Position numbers and translations under genes: made by a program
NCBI RefSeq assembly: GCF_040396735.1
Contig: NZ_JBEBNZ010000015.1
Location: forward strand, 76,864 to 100,863
DNA from: Comamonas odontotermitis
GTDB taxonomy: Bacteria > Pseudomonadota > Gammaproteobacteria > Burkholderiales > Burkholderiaceae_C
Direction: 5' to 3'
DNA: 24,000 bases
Notes under the pieces: generated by a model
Database searches by the model: none
Told to the model about the DNA's origin: nothing
What the model saw: only the letters and a program-made list of their open reading frames with translations
Shown here: positions 21,677 through 24,000 of the stretch, one piece after another
Layout of the letters: each line of letters opens with the position of its first letter
Position numbering within the stretch: position 1 is the stretch's first letter

Positions 21677-21717
21677 GGCTATCACGGCCATGATGGCCGG
21701 TGCATATTGCCTGGCGC

Positions 21718-22662
21718 TTACAGGCCCAGCGCGCGCAGGTCCGGCTTGCCATCCTTCATGGGTGGACACCAGTAGTACGAATTCTTCACCGGATTGGACA
21801 TCTGGAACAGGCCATCGACAATGCCATCCTCCTCACCTGCCATGCGGCGCATCTGCGCCTCAAAAGCGTAGAAACTGCGGCCGAAGCCCGCAAAGATGGT
21901 GCCGATCTCGTCGCTGCCATCCGCCTTGACTCGCCACCAGGGCATGTTGCGCCGCAAAATGAACGCCTCGGGCGTAAAGCTCTCCTGTGCGGTGCGCTTG
22001 ACGTGGGCGGACTCGGGCGCATCTTCCAGCTCCTCGTTGTCCGACAGGCGGCGGCCAATCATGTGGTCCTTCTGCAGGGCCGTCATGCGTGCAAAGGCTT
22101 CCTGGTCGTGCAGCCATTCCTGCACCGCAAAGTAGCTGCCGCCATCCAGCCCCTGCCCCATGCCATCTGCAATGGCTGCGTGCACGGCCTCGCCATCCTT
22201 CGGGTTTTCGGTGCCGTCTTCATAGCCCGTCAGATCGCGCACCACATCCTTGCCATTCCATCCGTGGCGGAAGCAATCGAGCACCTGAACGCAGGTGAAT
22301 GCAGGCGCCAGAAAAGCAGCCGCCTCGCGCGACGCCTTGAGCAGGTCGCCCTGCTCACCGCCGCGCAGCCACAGGCACAGCGCGTGCGGCGTCAGCGGCA
22401 ACTCGCCCTTGGGCCCCTTGATGGAGGGAAAGTTGCGCAGCCCCGGTACCTGCACGCCCAGCAATTGCGCCAGCGGCTCGCCCAGGGCCACCACGGCATT
22501 CACGCCATCGGCCCAGTTCTGCAGTTGGCCAAGCGCCGTGCGCACGGCTGCCGCGTCACCGGACACGTTCCAAAATTGGTAGCGGCTGACCGCTGGCAGA
22601 TCTTGCAGGATTCCTGGCTGGTGTAATGGCTTCATGGCATCTTCAAGTGAATTGGCCGGCAT
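21718..22662 (-). CDS. DyP-type (dye-decolorizing) heme peroxidase, B-class-like, no signal peptide
   Basis: LTGYEDGTENP is the GxxDG motif of DyP proteins. QPGIL occurs near the N-terminus as in YfeX-like enzymes. SD AAAGAGGA precedes ATG 22662; an alternative ATG at 22635 is possible. Confidence 0.85.
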   Translation of the reverse strand: MPANSLEDAMKPLHQPGILQDLPAVSRYQFWNVSGDAAAVRTALGQLQNWADGVNAVVALGEPLAQLLGVQVPGLRNFPSIKGPKGELPLTPHALCLWLRGGEQGDLLKASREAAAFLAPAFTCVQVLDCFRHGWNGKDVVRDLTGYEDGTENPKDGEAVHAAIADGMGQGLDGGSYFAVQEWLHDQEAFARMTALQKDHMIGRRLSDNEELEDAPESAHVKRTAQESFTPEAFILRRNMPWWRVKADGSDEIGTIFAGFGRSFYAFEAQMRRMAGEEDGIVDGLFQMSNPVKNSYYWCPPMKDGKPDLRALGL

Positions 22663-22774
22663 GCATCCTCTTTGTGCACACCCGCAGTGGTGATTTCCAA
22701 CCGCCCATTGTGTACCAGTCTGGCATCACGAGCGGCTTCTTCGGCTTTGCGCTGTCTTACCGTCGATAGAGCAT

Positions 22775-23464
22775 TCAGGCCTCGTCGCCCGCGCGTTGCG
22801 GGGGGCTCTCCACGCCCAGCGCGTCACACAGCTGCTGCACGGTGGCACGCAGTTGGGCAACTTCCGCCTCCAGGGTTTCCACACGATGCTGCAGGCCGGC
22901 AGGTGCAGGTGCGCTGCCGGCTGCGCTTTGCAGCGCAGCTATATCAATGGGACCACACAGCAGATGTGCCCAGCGCTGCTCGCGCGCGCCTGCAGCGCGT
23001 GGAAGCTGCTGCACCAGCGGACCGCCTTTTTCTTCGCTGCGCTCGCGCAGTTCGTCCAGAAAGGCCTCGACCGAAGAAATGTCTGCAAAGCGGTGCCAGC
23101 GCTCGGAATTGATGCGCAGCTCCCCGGCAGTCTGCGGGCCGCGCAGCATGAGGAGCGACAGCAGCACCGCCGATTGATCGGGCACCCCCACGCCGCGCGG
23201 AAAGTTGTGCTCCCAGCGGGTGGCTCGGCTGCCGCTGATCTGCACTGCCAGCCCCTGCTGGCGCAGCTCGTCCAGCGCCTCTGCGGCTTCGCCTTCGGTC
23301 ACCTCCATCACGGGGTCGCGGCTGGATTTCTGGTTGCAGCCGGTGACCAGGGCATTGAGCGTGAGCGGGTAGCTGTCCGGCACGGTCCGGGCTTTTTCCA
23401 TCAGGGTGGCAAGCACACGAGCCTTGACAGGAGTCAACGGGTTTGAGCGGTGATCGAAGGGCAT
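22775..23464 (-). CDS. yceH: YceH-family protein (DUF480/UPF0502), function unknown
   Basis: [58 protein letters not shown] and a C-terminal coiled segment [18 protein letters not shown] are collinear with remembered E. coli YceH. Confidence 0.85.
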   Translation of the reverse strand: MPFDHRSNPLTPVKARVLATLMEKARTVPDSYPLTLNALVTGCNQKSSRDPVMEVTEGEAAEALDELRQQGLAVQISGSRATRWEHNFPRGVGVPDQSAVLLSLLMLRGPQTAGELRINSERWHRFADISSVEAFLDELRERSEEKGGPLVQQLPRAAGAREQRWAHLLCGPIDIAALQSAAGSAPAPAGLQHRVETLEAEVAQLRATVQQLCDALGVESPPQRAGDEA

Positions 23465-23711
23465 AAAGAGTTTCCTGAAATATTGCGCACATCGTAAACA
23501 GGTTCTGATTCCATTCCTGCTCCACCCGACTGCTTTGTAGGCATTGCCAACCGGCTCTTTCTCACCGCACTTTTCCGATGGTGTGTGGCCGCTGCAACGC
23601 CGTCACCCTGTTGAGCAGCGGCAGAACTGTGCCTACCTGCTTTCAGAAAATGGCAGAATCTGTGCGATCAATGGCATTGCTGCCAAGGCATTTTTTACGC
23701 ACACTGGCGGC

Positions 23712-24000
23712 ATGCCTTCCCCCCAGCCGTCCGCCTCAAACGCCGCCACCTGTGCCGCCCAACCAGGCCACCGCGTGGTCTGCGTGGCCTACCCGCGCGC
23801 AATGAGCCTGGACATCACCGGCCCCATGCAGGTGTTTGCCACCGCCAACGATGTGCGCAGGCGCCAGGGCATGCCAGCCTTCTACCAGCTGACTTTTGCG
23901 GGGCTGAATGCGGGGCCGGTCATGCTGTCTTGCGGACTGCAGATGGTTGCCAGCCACGGCCTGCGCCAGTTGCGCCTTGCGGCCAATACCACGGTGCTGA
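23712..24000 (+). CDS. GlxA-like transcriptional regulator (N-terminal DJ-1/PfpI-like domain; the AraC HTH is expected beyond the window), 3' truncated
   Basis: This ORF is absent from the ORF track because it has no stop in the window. My translation from ATG 23712 is MPSPQPSASNAATCAAQPGHRVVCVAYPRAMSLDITGPMQVFATANDVRRRQGMPAFYQLTFAGLNAGPV. The V(A/C)xxxFPxxxxLDxxGPxxVFxxAN pattern is typical of GlxA/DJ-1-AraC regulators. The start codon is uncertain. Confidence 0.6.
   Translation, partial: MPSPQPSASNAATCAAQPGHRVVCVAYPRAMSLDITGPMQVFATANDVRRRQGMPAFYQLTFAGLNAGPVMLSCGLQMVASHGLRQLRLAANTTVL

Noticed and set aside
21685-21699. A 15-bp perfect palindrome CGGCCATGATGGCCG just downstream of the DyP stop.
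   Set aside because: With a 1-nt centre it cannot form an RNA hairpin loop. It sits between a stop codon and a strong terminator with no promoter nearby, so it is likely fortuitous. I note it only for genome-wide motif searches.
21718-21780. The DyP C-terminus (…KPDLRALGL) as an encapsulin cargo-loading peptide.
   Set aside because: No encapsulin shell gene is adjacent; the next feature is a terminator followed by convergent paaN. The tail also lacks the Gly/Ser-rich linker plus the GSLxIGSLK-type motif I associate with encapsulin-targeted DyPs.
23651-23665. A sigma54-like element TGGCAGAATCTGTGC (GG-N10-GC spacing) about 47 nt upstream of the GlxA-like ATG.
   Set aside because: It has a mismatch in the -12 TTGC element, there is no enhancer-binding-protein gene nearby, and a sigma54 promoter for this class of regulator gene is not expected. 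It is a single weak pattern match.
1-24000. A search for CRISPR repeats, tRNA or rRNA genes, IS elements, toxin-antitoxin pairs and defence-system gene sets.
   Set aside because: No regularly spaced direct repeats, no cloverleaf-like or rRNA-like segments, no transposase or integrase-like ORFs, and no small paired ORFs were seen. Every sizeable gap is accounted for by promoters, terminators or the hairpins listed above.

Overview
This is a high-GC (roughly 60-65% by eye) chromosomal window. It looks like a Burkholderiales/Comamonadaceae-type betaproteobacterium, inferred from a Bug/TctC-family binding protein, a PaaN-type rather than PaaZ-type ring-opening dehydrogenase, and a TetR-type paa regulator. 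It is almost entirely an aryl-acetate catabolic supercluster. (1) nt 1-4867 (+) holds a homoprotocatechuate-type meta-cleavage operon in the order hpcC, Bug-family binding protein, LigA-like and LigB-like extradiol dioxygenase subunits, hpcD, hpcG. It ends at a bidirectional terminator. (2) nt 4988-19711 (-) is one co-directional run of about 14.7 kb: paaG-paaI-paaK, a penicillin-G-acylase-type Ntn hydrolase, paaABCDE, a TetR regulator, then a LivJHMGF-type (HAAT family) ABC importer whose LivM and LivG parts are fused. (3) nt 19952-21607 (+) is a divergent paaN. The paaG/paaN intergenic region carries two back-to-back sigma70-like promoters and one shared palindromic operator candidate. (4) nt 21718-24000 holds a DyP-type peroxidase, a YceH/DUF480 protein and the start of a GlxA-like (DJ-1/PfpI + AraC) regulator. 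I found no rRNA, tRNA, CRISPR array, IS element, integrase or phage gene. The most interesting feature is a bona fide PGA-like acylase wired into the paa operon between the phenylacetate-CoA ligase gene and the oxygenase genes, with a possible lipoprotein-type signal and a changed acyl-pocket residue. Together with the adjacent ABC importer this suggests a self-contained system that releases, imports and degrades phenylacetate from phenylacetyl-amides. All homology calls rest on my reading of the translated ORFs against remembered family motifs and E. coli reference proteins. No database search was run.
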